DNA of 63,746 bases, counting the filler, from Globobulimina sp. (taxonomy: Eukaryota): assembly GCA_003354225.1 (NCBI GenBank). It is 23 parts of 23 records of this genome, joined end to end, with 100 filler letters (N's around TTAATTAATTAA, not from the genome) between each part and the next. Parts side by side here need not be neighbours in the genome. Positions count along the whole stretch, not along the records: positions 24,996 to 27,671 come from PIVH01005402.1; positions 27,772 to 30,447 come from PIVH01005403.1; positions 30,548 to 33,223 come from PIVH01005404.1; positions 33,324 to 35,999 come from PIVH01005405.1; 19 more parts are not named here. One strand, written 5' to 3'. Position numbers and translations under genes: made by a program. Within the stretch, counting starts at the first letter, position 1; every line of letters begins with the position of its first letter. Shown here piece by piece: positions 24,896 through 36,099 of this stretch. Under the pieces are notes generated by a model. That model saw only the letters and a list, made by a program, of their open reading frames with translations, made no database searches and was not told the origin of the DNA.

Positions 24896-25526
24896 NNNNN
24901 NNNNNNNNNNNNNNNNNNNNNNNNNNNNNNNNNNNNNNNTTAATTAATTAANNNNNNNNNNNNNNNNNNNNNNNNNNNNNNNNNNNNNNNNNNNNAAGTA
25001 AATATGCGCATAGAAATACAAGAAATACATATTATATTCTTGTACATGTATCAGATTCTAACGCGTTGTTTTAAGTCAACATTTGACGTTCAGTGAGAGG
25101 AACAGTTTTGTCATCCCTTCATTGCATGGAAAATAAAAAAAAATAAAAATTAACTGTTAATTTGAATAGGCATCCAATTTCATTGTAATTTATAATTCAT
25201 AATTTTATAATTACTCATCAATTGCGGTCACGGTTCCAGTCATTATTCTGTGTGATTGTGTTTTGTGTATAAATTGAATGTAATCAATTCATTATGACAA
25301 ATAAAATAGAGATTGATAAACAGTAAAATATTTGAAATTGCAAAAAAATTATTTTTGTCCATCCTGGCAGATAATGCCTATATTCCATGTCAGACAAAAT
25401 CTGTGTTTGATTCGTATTGGACATTGAACACATACATTAATGACATACCGTATTATTTTCGCATCAATGCGTTGGGAACTTGGCATTGTTTGGTAGTAAG
25501 TAAAGTTTGGTGTAGTAATTTTTTTA

Positions 25527-26444
25527 ATGGAGTTAGATCCACTGGACTCAATTGATAATGATAGTATTGATAATATACGAGATTACGACAAGATATTTCC
25601 ATGGCGATTGTGCATCTCTGGAGGATGGATGGACTTAGCATGGTGCAATGAGATATATCCAGGACCAGTGATAACCGTAAATGTTAAACATAACAAACAT
25701 TTTAAAGACAGATGTGGTCTCGCAACATCCTCTCGGAAACTAGGCATAAAATTATTTAATGCTTCCTCCAAAGTCAACCATTTAACTGCTATGGAGGCAG
25801 CACGCTTTTTATGGGGTGCTGAAAATATGCAAAGCTTTATGAATGTAAACCCATCGCGAGTTACAACAGAATATAAATATATTGCTGGCTCACAGGACCA
25901 TTTAGGACTATTCTTGCCTGGTATTAATTATCTGTATTATAATGGCAGTCATTGGCCGAAAAAAATAATCTCATTAAATGATGCACATAAATATAAGGAT
26001 ATTTATAAATGGTTCGAGTCGGTTTTGTATTTGGTTGAGATACCATTTGAAGCGCGGCCAAAGGGATATTCTTCACAGAAACCAAACTATTTAAAAGATG
26101 CTAATGTGGCATTTAAGGAGAAATACAGAATGGTTAAGAATTTAAGTGATGCAGCGGAATTAACATGGAATGGAATATTAAATAAAGACATTGTTAAAGT
26201 AGGCAAAGGGTTTAGTGGTACTATGAGTGCATGGAAGGAGATGTTGCCTGCGACAGTGCCGAACCATGAGGAGCTTACAAAATGGTGGAAACAATATGAA
26301 CGGAATAGTTATGGCTGTTTGTTTAGTGGCGCTGGTGGTGGATTTCTAATGGTAATCAGTGATAAAAAAGTTAAAAATGGATTTCAAATTCATATAAATA
26401 ATGAATATTATGTCACTAAAGGATCAAAACAATCTAAATTGTGA
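25527..26444 (+). CDS. GHMP-kinase-like (sugar kinase fold) protein
   Basis: PWRLCISGGWMD, RCGLATSSRK, AGSQDHLG and C-terminal LFSGAGGGFLMV correspond to GHMP motifs I-III. The gene is intronless. Confidence 0.75.
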   Translation: MELDPLDSIDNDSIDNIRDYDKIFPWRLCISGGWMDLAWCNEIYPGPVITVNVKHNKHFKDRCGLATSSRKLGIKLFNASSKVNHLTAMEAARFLWGAENMQSFMNVNPSRVTTEYKYIAGSQDHLGLFLPGINYLYYNGSHWPKKIISLNDAHKYKDIYKWFESVLYLVEIPFEARPKGYSSQKPNYLKDANVAFKEKYRMVKNLSDAAELTWNGILNKDIVKVGKGFSGTMSAWKEMLPATVPNHEELTKWWKQYERNSYGCLFSGAGGGFLMVISDKKVKNGFQIHINNEYYVTKGSKQSKL

Positions 26445-26592
26445 TCTTTCACAGTTATCATGATACATACAATGTTTTTTAAATGTAATTTGTCGTTAAA
26501 GTCAACTTTTTGAAAACACTCGGTAATATTAATTAGTCAGTTTAGGAGTGAACTGGCCTATTGCATTGAGTATTGCATTGAGTATTGCAATA

Positions 26593-27435
26593 ATGTTGTC
26601 ACCATTATGTAGATTTTCAACGTCAGCTGTTCAACAATCAAACCCTATGCGTGTTTTAATAACTGGTGGTTCTAAAGGAGTTGGATTAGGCATAACAGAA
26701 ATATTCGCTTCAAAATTATGTAACATACTAACTGTAGATATCGATAAAGACGCAAATGATATGCTCACATCATCTGAAATAAATAAAAATGCTAATATTC
26801 ATTGTGTAACAGCAAATGTAACTGACCCGGAAACAGCCATACAATGCATCGAATTTATGACAAATAAATGGAATGGAATTGATATATTAATAAACAATGT
26901 TGGTGTTGAAATAGCAAACGATAAAAAAATACATGAAATAGATGACGATATATGGCACAAATCATTTGCAATTAATATAACATCATTCTTTTATTTCAGC
27001 AAATATGCAATCAGACAAATGTTGAAACAAAAACAAATTAATCTGAAACAATATAATGATGCAAATTATAATATAATAAACATAGCATCACCATGCGGTT
27101 TGAGAGGAGCTTGTTTTCGTGGCGCATATTCTGCGTCGAAAGCAGCTGTCAATGGGTTAACTAATCAAATGGCGATGGACTATGCGCCCGATATTCGAGT
27201 TAATGCAATAACGCCTGGACCAATCTTGACTTCATCAGTACGGAATGCATTAAAAGAACAATTTAATTATGATAATCCTGATGATTTTGTTGCAGATCAA
27301 CCAATGAAACGATTTGGTAAAGCAACGGAGATTGGTAATATGGCCTGGTATTTAGCAAGTGATGAAGCAAGATTTATCACTGCAGCAAATATGGTGGTGG
27401 ATGGAGGAATAATAACAAAAGCTTCTTGGTCATAG
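26593..27435 (+). CDS. Classical short-chain dehydrogenase/reductase (SDR)
   Basis: Motifs VLITGGSKGVG, IDILINNVG, INIAS, YSASKAA, IRVNAITPGPILT, PMKRFG and VVDGG. Confidence 0.95.
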   Translation: MLSPLCRFSTSAVQQSNPMRVLITGGSKGVGLGITEIFASKLCNILTVDIDKDANDMLTSSEINKNANIHCVTANVTDPETAIQCIEFMTNKWNGIDILINNVGVEIANDKKIHEIDDDIWHKSFAINITSFFYFSKYAIRQMLKQKQINLKQYNDANYNIINIASPCGLRGACFRGAYSASKAAVNGLTNQMAMDYAPDIRVNAITPGPILTSSVRNALKEQFNYDNPDDFVADQPMKRFGKATEIGNMAWYLASDEARFITAANMVVDGGIITKASWS

Positions 27436-27909
27436 ACACCTGACGCGTACTATTGTAGTTCAGTTATGTTTAATTTAAGTGTTTCAAGTTCTGCACCTGT
27501 ACCAAAGCGTATATAAAGCATTTTAATTAAAATTTGTATAATAAAATAAATATTATTTTGTGTCTGGCATGTTTATTTTTGAATATATGGCAAGAATTTT
27601 CAGAGCCATGCAATAAATCTAAAACAAGGTTGTACGTACAACTGAGACAATATACTGCACATACTCGCAAGNNNNNNNNNNNNNNNNNNNNNNNNNNNNN
27701 NNNNNNNNNNNNNNNTTAATTAATTAANNNNNNNNNNNNNNNNNNNNNNNNNNNNNNNNNNNNNNNNNNNNGAGCAGAAACTGTCTAATTCTAAATAGCA
27801 TGAAAAAAATAGTAATGCATATCGGGTTTTAGACAGATGAAGCCATGAAGGAGTTTCTACACTTTATCCAACAGGATTAAGTGCGCATTATTTCAAGTTA
27901 AAAAGTGTA

Positions 27910-29298
27910 TTACAGTTTAGAAGATTTACTTGCCAACAGCTTTGGCAATAATTTTAATTTTTGTGCAGTTCTCTCAATAGTTTCATCCGAGGTGCAATAC
28001 GCAAAGCGGACATAGCCAAATTTAGTATCCTTACTAAAACCTGAATAATCATAAAATGCAGAACCCGGCACCACAGCAACACCAATGTGTTCACATAGCC
28101 ATTTCGCAAACTGCCAATCATAAAAAGTGGTGGGATCCCTCAAATCCAATGGTTTAAACCTCTGCATCCTGATCAATTCCTCAATATATGTACTCGCATC
28201 CACCATAATATAATAAGCTCCCGATGGTTTAATAGGTTTCATCCCTCCCAATCTTATCGCAGCTAACATCAATTTCCGTTTTGCTGCATACATACTATTC
28301 AGCCATGCGTAATAAGTCTTAAATCCCTATATAAAAATTAGAAAAATTATAAAAATAACTGCCATCAGCGATGCAACAAAAAGTAGTCAAACAAGCATAA
28401 CAAAATATGGTTTTCCTGCAGCAGCCAAGACGTCAGCAATGGCTTTCTGACACGGCGTGTTTACAGTCCAACAATGTCCACGGCATGCAAAATTAATGTA
28501 TTTTATCAAATGTCTGGGTCCAATGCACCATCCAATCTTCCACCCAGTGACCGAGAAAGTTTTCGCCGCTGAAACACAACAAATGGTTCGGTCAAATAGG
28601 TCTTGTGCCAAACTCGCAAAATAATGTACAGGTTCAGACGATATATAATGATAAACTTCGTCAGTTAAAATTAATATTTTTGGATATTGCCGCACAATGT
28701 TTGCAATCGCATTCATTTCTTGCAACGCGATGACATATCCAGTGGGATTATGCGGTGTATTCAAGATAATCATTCGTGTTTTCTTAGTGATGGCTGCTGC
28801 AATTTTGTCAGTGTCTAATTTATAGTGTAAGTCGCCAGTGCTATCCGTTAATAAATCCAGCGGAACAGCCACTATTTTACCGCCACTCTGACAAACCTGA
28901 GTTCTATAAAACGTAAAGAAAGGCTCGATTACAATGACTTCATCGTCGTTGTTGATAAAAGCACGAAAGGTTGAGTCTAATGCGCCAGCACAACCGTTTG
29001 TAATTTGAATGTTTTCCGGGCATAATTTAAATTTGTGGCCGTAGAGTCGAGTATATGTGCTCACAATTTGTTGTTTAAGAGCAGGTAATCCTGCATTTGG
29101 TGCATATTGATTGAAGTTGTCGTCAATTGCTTTTTTGGCTGCTTCTTTGACGAAATCTGGAGAGGCCCAATTTGGGAAACCTTGGCCATGGTTAATTGCA
29201 TTATTTTTAACACGATGATGATTTACAAATGCCCAGACATCTTCTCCACCATCGATATCGTTTTTTAAACGTGTCGCTGGTTTCCCTGAAAGCATCAT
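27910..29298 (-). CDS. Class I PLP-dependent aminotransferase, kynurenine/glutamine transaminase K type; intron 28327-28401
   Basis: Motifs AINHGQGFPN, NQYAP..G, ILNTPHNPTG, ILTDEVY, SAAKTFSVTGWKIGW, PSGAYYIMVD and YVRFAYC. The C-terminal SKL is a possible PTS1. Confidence 0.93.
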
Positions 29299-29586
29299 CA
29301 CCACTAAGTTTTGCAAACAAGCATCCACTCTTCAACACTCGAGCTCCTTCTGTTATGTATTTGTCATTTATGAGGTGATGACACTGCTTTCAAGATTTGC
29401 ATAAGATTTATGTATGGCTTGTATAAGATTCTCCTTCAGACTTCTATTTACACACAAAAATAGCGGAAAAAACTTGCTCATTTTCTAAAAAACTTTGGTT
29501 TGAGTCAACGGAGCTTCTCTGTGCAAGGATATGGACTTAATTTGACAGCTAAACTATTACATAAATAAAATTGAAAGAAGCATGCA

Positions 29587-30213
29587 TTATAATGATTCAT
29601 CGACAGTAAAATATTGAACATGTGGCGTATGAAAACGAGCCCATAAAACACCAAATATTATAACAACAACACCAATGGACATCGTTATAATACCACCTGT
29701 TTGTACAGCAGGCTTTGATTGAATATACATAATCAATCCACTTAAAATAATTATAATACCGACTGCCACTGATAAAACAATCGTTTTTCTTGTTTTAGCA
29801 TATTGTGGGCCTCTCGCCATTTCTTTATAATGTTGTTCATGGTTTTTCAACTTGTTTTTTTTTGATTTACTTTTGGATTTATTTTTATTTAATAATTGTT
29901 CATTTGTTGGTGATTCGTTATTATTAATACAGTCATTATCCCCAATTGCAATGTTTTCCATTTTTTGTACATCACTTTTGTTTACAATCATTCTCGAATT
30001 TGTGTGTGTGACAATTACAATATATTCCATTGTTGATGGTAAATAACATTCGATTTTACACTGGGTACCATTCGCTACGAATTGTTGGTTGTAAAGTAGA
30101 CATTGGGTTCCATCGGGTATTATTACGTGATTTACGTCTTTTTCAGTTTCATTCGCATTTTTTTGTGATATTGGTTCGCCTCCATTATCATCCAGAAGGC
30201 CTGAAGTTGCCAT
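29587..30213 (-). CDS. Small protein with two C-terminal transmembrane helices
   Basis: 208-aa ATG ORF with two hydrophobic segments (IVLSVAVGIIIILSGLIMY and GGIITMSIGVVVIIFGVLW). Confidence 0.65.
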   Translation of the reverse strand: MATSGLLDDNGGEPISQKNANETEKDVNHVIIPDGTQCLLYNQQFVANGTQCKIECYLPSTMEYIVIVTHTNSRMIVNKSDVQKMENIAIGDNDCINNNESPTNEQLLNKNKSKSKSKKNKLKNHEQHYKEMARGPQYAKTRKTIVLSVAVGIIIILSGLIMYIQSKPAVQTGGIITMSIGVVVIIFGVLWARFHTPHVQYFTVDESL

Positions 30214-30902
30214 TACTGGTCACAGTCACCTGACTCACAAAAGTAGTAAAATGTAGAATGACATAAGATCGAGGTATTTATCCGATAACCGATAAAATAC
30301 GAAATACAAACAGTAAAAGCAAACATAAAATGTAGTATATTGACATATTATACCCCCTATTGTAAGCCCCTAAGCAAAAACTATTGTTAGTCCTTAAATT
30401 AGTACTTCACCATTTTTCGTCAGAACTCACGATATACCACATCTGGTNNNNNNNNNNNNNNNNNNNNNNNNNNNNNNNNNNNNNNNNNNNNTTAATTAAT
30501 TAANNNNNNNNNNNNNNNNNNNNNNNNNNNNNNNNNNNNNNNNNNNNTCATGGGAATTATTTTTTTCACGGAAATATTGTTTTTCACGGAAATCCAAAAA
30601 ATCGAAAAAAAACTGTTTTTATGAAATTAAAAGTTTTGAGGAATAAAAAAAAAACAAACTTACAAAAATACATCATTTCGAAAGTAGTAATAGTATGGCC
30701 TGTATATAAAAAAAGAAAACACTTTTGGGGACGAATTAGTGTCGCTCTTTGAACATAAATAATCTATGAAAAACTCTTTAATTTAATTTAACGAAAAAAA
30801 AAAAAAAAAAAACATAAATAATAATAAAACCACAAAAAAATAAAAAAAAAAAAACAAAAAAACATATAATTAAAAAAAAAATAAATAAAATTAAACTACC
30901 AA

Positions 30903-32695
30903 TCAACCATTAATACTCGCCAATAAATCCGTTTGTTCCTTGGTAATATTCGTTATTCTGCCATCAAAATCGTTCCAATTCGCCTTCGTCAACTTCACCA
31001 GCGACCTCCTGGTCATTTTCTGCAACGTAAACGGACACAAATTCTTATGCTTTGACGTCCGTAATATCTTAGTCCAGGTATCGTATCCCAACACGTGGCC
31101 ATACGGAGAGATGGCCGGCTTAACCACCACTGTCCCCGTCATAATATCGATAAAGTCCGGAATTGGATTATCATCCTCCACCACGCCGCCATTCACACTC
31201 ACATTGCAATGGAACGCCTCATCATTTCCGTTATTTCTCCGCCTTCGTTTCACCGGCTTACCGTCCCAATCCTCATCATCATCGTCCATCTTCTTCCGCT
31301 TCTTTTTCTTTTGCTTCTTATTCTTATTCTTCTCATTCATTTCGCTCACAGCGCCGCTCAGAGCCTCTCGTACCTCGTTACAATACGCCTCGCTCGGATG
31401 CTTGGCATGTTTTTGCGGCAAATCCCGCCACACTTTGCTCACATCGCGGTTCACCGTAATGGCATATTTGCGATACTCAGACTTGATGGAAAAGTGCTTC
31501 GTATTGCGCTTGAAATGCAATTTCTTGCCATCGTAATGATAATTTGGATCGGAGACATCGCCGTCTTTCACCAAACCGCGCCAATAATTACTACATTGAT
31601 AGCCCACGCGGCCCGGGATAGTTTTGCTGAAAATGCCCCATTGATCGTTCACTCCGAACTCAATCACCCGCTTCATAAATAATGCATGTTCGGCCACCGT
31701 CCATTTCCCGTTTTTCTGCGGCTGTCCGGGCACATTAAAGCGATAAAAATACGCATTGGGAGAGCTCCGCCGGTTTTTCCACGCCTTTTGACGGGCTTCG
31801 CTCCATCCTTCCATCGACGAGGTGTTTTTTAATGCGTCGTTTAGTAACAATCGGCCGCAACGGACAGAGCCATCTAAATTGCGCATTTTGCCCACGTTTT
31901 TATTTTTGCGTTTGGCGGCGCGCGAAGCCTTTTTCCTCTTTTCGTTGGCGACCCAATCTTCGTCGTCTTCGTCGTCAGAGTTCGTATCTGGCCATTCATA
32001 GTCGGTGCTGTTGTGGTTATTATTTGTGTTATCGGTGTTGAGTTTGCTTTGTTCCATCATTTCTTTCATAGATTGTAGAAATGGTAGGCCTTCGTCTTGT
32101 AATTGTTCCTGTAAATTATAGTTATTGTCTTCCACGAATTCGATGATAAATTCGGCCTCTTCGTCGTTCACTGTTATGCCGAGATTGAATTCTATCGAAT
32201 GTTGAGCTGGAAAAGTAGTGTTTATTTGTTTTTTATGTACGGAAAAATGTGTATTTATATACTAAACTGTCTTTGATTTGGCGCGTTTTTTCTTTTTCTA
32301 AGTGGTGGTTGTATCCATTCTGCATTATACCCATTCGCTGTTTCATTTTGTTGATGTCTTCTTTGCTTAAACCGGTAAACATTTCATTGTCAGAATCGTC
32401 ATCAGATTCATCCTCGGAAGATGAGGACTCGTCATCTGGGCTCTTGTTAGAAATATTGGAGATATTTTCAGTGTTCTCAGTGTTTTCTTTCTTGGAATCA
32501 ATGGTTAGATCCTTAAGGAGAAAGATATAAAATTGTTAGGGTCCGGGTCCATTTGCAAATGAAATGGATTTAATTAACTTGTTTTAGTTCTGGTGTTTCT
32601 TCTTGTTTTAATTCTGAAACATTGCGTGATTTTTTATTTTTTAGATCTGATGATGATAATTTTGTTGATTTCGCAGTCTTTGTTGATGATGACAT
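30903..32695 (-). CDS. Myb/SANT-domain plus C-terminal U-box-like protein; two introns
   Basis: Myb: KWTVAEHALF...QWGIFSKTIPGRVGYQCSNYW. U-box: PIPDFIDIMTGTVVVKPAISPYGHV...CPFTLQKM. Upstream exons from ATG 32695 splice via 32512-32578 and ~32207-32267. Confidence 0.85.
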
Positions 32696-33448
32696 AGATT
32701 GGATTTGTTAGAACGAATGCTTTGCCGATGGATTATAAGTAAATATCCAATTGCAAACTGCAACAAATAACTGATTATGAGTACTAACGCGAATGTATAA
32801 AAAGATTCAACCAATGATCATGAAAGTGCTGGTTATTGTAAAAATATAAATATGTTAACTTGTGGTTTTTTTTCTGTTTTCAAAAGATGTTGAGATTATT
32901 AGTAGCTAGTACTATTATTTAGCAAAAAAAACCAACACATCAAAAACACTCTAATTTTGTTATACGAACTGCAAATACTTTTTATAACTGCATCACAATG
33001 AGTGATAAACGAAGTACTCTTAATTTAAATTTATTTGGTAGTTGCCACACTGGCAACCAATCGTGAAAACAAGCAACCAATCAATTATTAATTTGCAACC
33101 AATCGTCTTGCCCTGGATGCTCTTCTTGCTGTTAAACCAGATATATCGACGTCTTTTTTTTCAAATTGGCAATTTTTATTGTCTGTAGCATACGCATTAT
33201 TACCGACATACAATTCATTGCCGNNNNNNNNNNNNNNNNNNNNNNNNNNNNNNNNNNNNNNNNNNNNTTAATTAATTAANNNNNNNNNNNNNNNNNNNNN
33301 NNNNNNNNNNNNNNNNNNNNNNNCAGTGCCGTTTTTAATGCAATATCTCTCCGATAACTTGCCAAATTCTGTCAAATTAATGATGCAATTCATTGGATTG
33401 GAGGGTATTTCTGCAAACATTAATTTTGTATTTGATTTTATTAGTTTT

Positions 33449-34261
33449 TCATATTAATATGTGTTTACTACATACACAATGAACCGACTGCATTATAATA
33501 AATAACAGATAAACATGTATTGCATAGTCCAATATTGGATGATGATCTTTTTTAAATGCTTTATACAACATTCTATACTGACTTATCATATCTTGCATTG
33601 AGTTGCTATCCGAAGATATTAACGTTGTAACTTGTGATAAATAAGATGCATATTTGATGAATATGGCGGCTTGCACGGATAACAAAGCTAATAATGGTAC
33701 GTATAACAATGGCCAAAGACCAAAAAAAACCACGCAATTTCCCAATATCTATCACTGAAATTATAACGAATCCAAACTATTTCACAGATCCGCAGCACAA
33801 ATAATAGGAAACCTAATACAAAAACGGTAGTTTTTATGAAGCAGACATTCTTTTTACAAAATAGATCAACCTCAATTTGTGAGTGACAGATAAATCCTGA
33901 CACATTACGATGCCATGGGTAATTAAAATGAAAATAAAAATAATATACCCCCATAATTCTGGACACATATAATACGGTTCCCGTCATTGGTATAATTATT
34001 CGTTGTATAATGTCGGACGAAACTAGTATCTGCCAGATGTTCACTACAAACATATCACCACAGATCCAGGCAACATTTATTTTTTGATTTACCTGATATT
34101 GTTTTGGTAGCCCAAGTTGGGGAATATGATATCAATTTATTCAACCATTTGAAATGTTTTTCAACGCCATTTTCTGTAGAAATACTATCCTCATGATTTT
34201 CATCTTCATGCAAGTGATATTTAAAATCCAATTCAGATGATTGAACGTGCAAATGCTTCAT
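33449..34261 (-). CDS. Multi-pass membrane protein with one 49-nt intron and an apparent frameshift in a T8 run (~33722-33729); possible pseudogene or assembly error
   Basis: TIS|VNIWQ is joined by a GTAAAT..TGTAG intron. The frame switches at AWFF../FFGLWPLLYVP within a homopolymer. Confidence 0.5.
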
Positions 34262-34565
34262 TTGTGACTCTGTTGTTCACTAAGTCACAATTTAAGGTTT
34301 TTAAAAAAAGATATGCGGATTGGAATCATTTGTACACTATGAAGTACAGCCCTGTAATAATTACGCTTAATTTCAATGTGAATGGTATTGGTTTTAGTAA
34401 TCGTTTCTTATCCATAGTTGCTTTTATGATACAGCTGCGATTAAATTAAATAGCTGTGATAATTGCGCTATTTCGCATTGCGGAGATTCAAAAAGTTCGT
34501 TATTATTTACTTCAAAAAGGTATTGGAAACCGATCAAAATACAAATAACAAATTAGTCCTTCAAG

Positions 34566-35999
34566 ATGCAACAACAAATATCACCAAATCAAACATTAGA
34601 AAGAATAATAATAATACCAGCAAAGCCTAATAGCACACCCCCAAAAAATAAAAAATACAAAACGTGTTGTTGCTGTGGTATCATTTGCGTATTAATAATT
34701 GTTTGGATATGTACAAGTATCCGTGATCACGCACAACCCCCAGAACCTATTCCTGTGCCATCAAGCTCGTTTAACCAAAGTGGCTTTGTAGTGCAAATTA
34801 TGCTGCAAGGAAAATTCGCATACGATGCAGACTATGGACCCTATTACGAACAGAACAAACATGAATTGCACGAATTTGCATACGACAAAGATTTTCAAAT
34901 CACAGATGGACGAGTTATAAATCTCAATATTCAGATTGGCACAGATGAAAACTCAATACGTGGTAAACTATGTTTATTCGATGAATGTCAAGATTTTACA
35001 GCCAACGGTGAAGGTGACATAATCAAACATATGTTTCAGTATGCAATAAATTTAAGATTTTTTACACTGAGTACGGAGACATATTCTATCGGTACCACAT
35101 TACATGATATTTTGAGGAGAAACCAACACATATCACAGTGGAGTAAACCCCCAATACGAATGAAACGGTTCGGATGGCAAGTTATTAGAGCCCGTTTTGT
35201 TGAATTCAATCGAGATTCTATTAGAAATCCGTCAACAATTATGCAATATTTGTCGCAGCATGAAATAACGCAATACTTTCCATTTGCGTTTTCTTCACTG
35301 GACACAATGACATTTTTTGAGAACGAAGCAGGATTGGATTGGGGCGGAGTGTCCCAGGATGCCCTTCAATTATTAATGAAACAATTAGCACTGCTATTAA
35401 CCGACAATGGTGTCTTGAAAGATGGTGTAAATGATATTGATATGAAAATATACGCGACTGTCATTGGAATGAATATCGTGAATCATAACGTATTGATGCA
35501 TCACAGATTTGGGGTGTTAAAATCTGTGATTACTGCTAAAAAAGTGAATAAATTGTATTTCAAAACTGCACTCATGGCCACATCTGCCGAGAGACAGAGC
35601 AAACAGCGGCGTTCCTATGCTTTGGGTAGTTTGAAAACAGCATTGCTTGATTCGAATACTGCTGGTTTGGTGCCTGAAGAATTCATGGTTGCATTGAGAG
35701 GAATAGATTTTTGTGAAGCAGAATGGCTACAGGTACCGCCTCAAAGTGATATTTTGTTAAAATATGGAGTCGGCGATGAAAGAAGCTGTGTGGTGGATGC
35801 TTGGAATTGGATTTATGAGAATAGATTGCAAAAATTTGGCAGCATATTACGTGGTATGATTCAAAAGGATTTGGATTTCACTTATTTTCGTCCGGATAAT
35901 CGGGAGTTGTTTATCAATGAATATTATTCGCACAGTGATATTCCAGCAGAAGAAATACAATCATTTATTGAAAGGGTGCAAGATGACAAATATTGGAAT
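34566..35999 (+). CDS. Single-pass membrane protein with a degenerate HECT-N-lobe-like motif (3' partial)
   Basis: KTCCCCGIICVLIIVWIC forms a TM anchor. Later, TFFENEAGLDWGGVSQDALQLLMKQL resembles the HECT motif FxGExGxDxGGxxRExFxLL. Confidence 0.6.
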
Positions 36000-36099
36000 N
36001 NNNNNNNNNNNNNNNNNNNNNNNNNNNNNNNNNNNNNNNNNNNTTAATTAATTAANNNNNNNNNNNNNNNNNNNNNNNNNNNNNNNNNNNNNNNNNNNN

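Noticed and set aside
26558-26590. TATTGCATTGAG tandem repeat creating an N-terminal IALS-repeat extension of the SDR
   Set aside because: It lies upstream of the first ATG (26593) and is a simple 12-bp tandem duplication in the 5' region.
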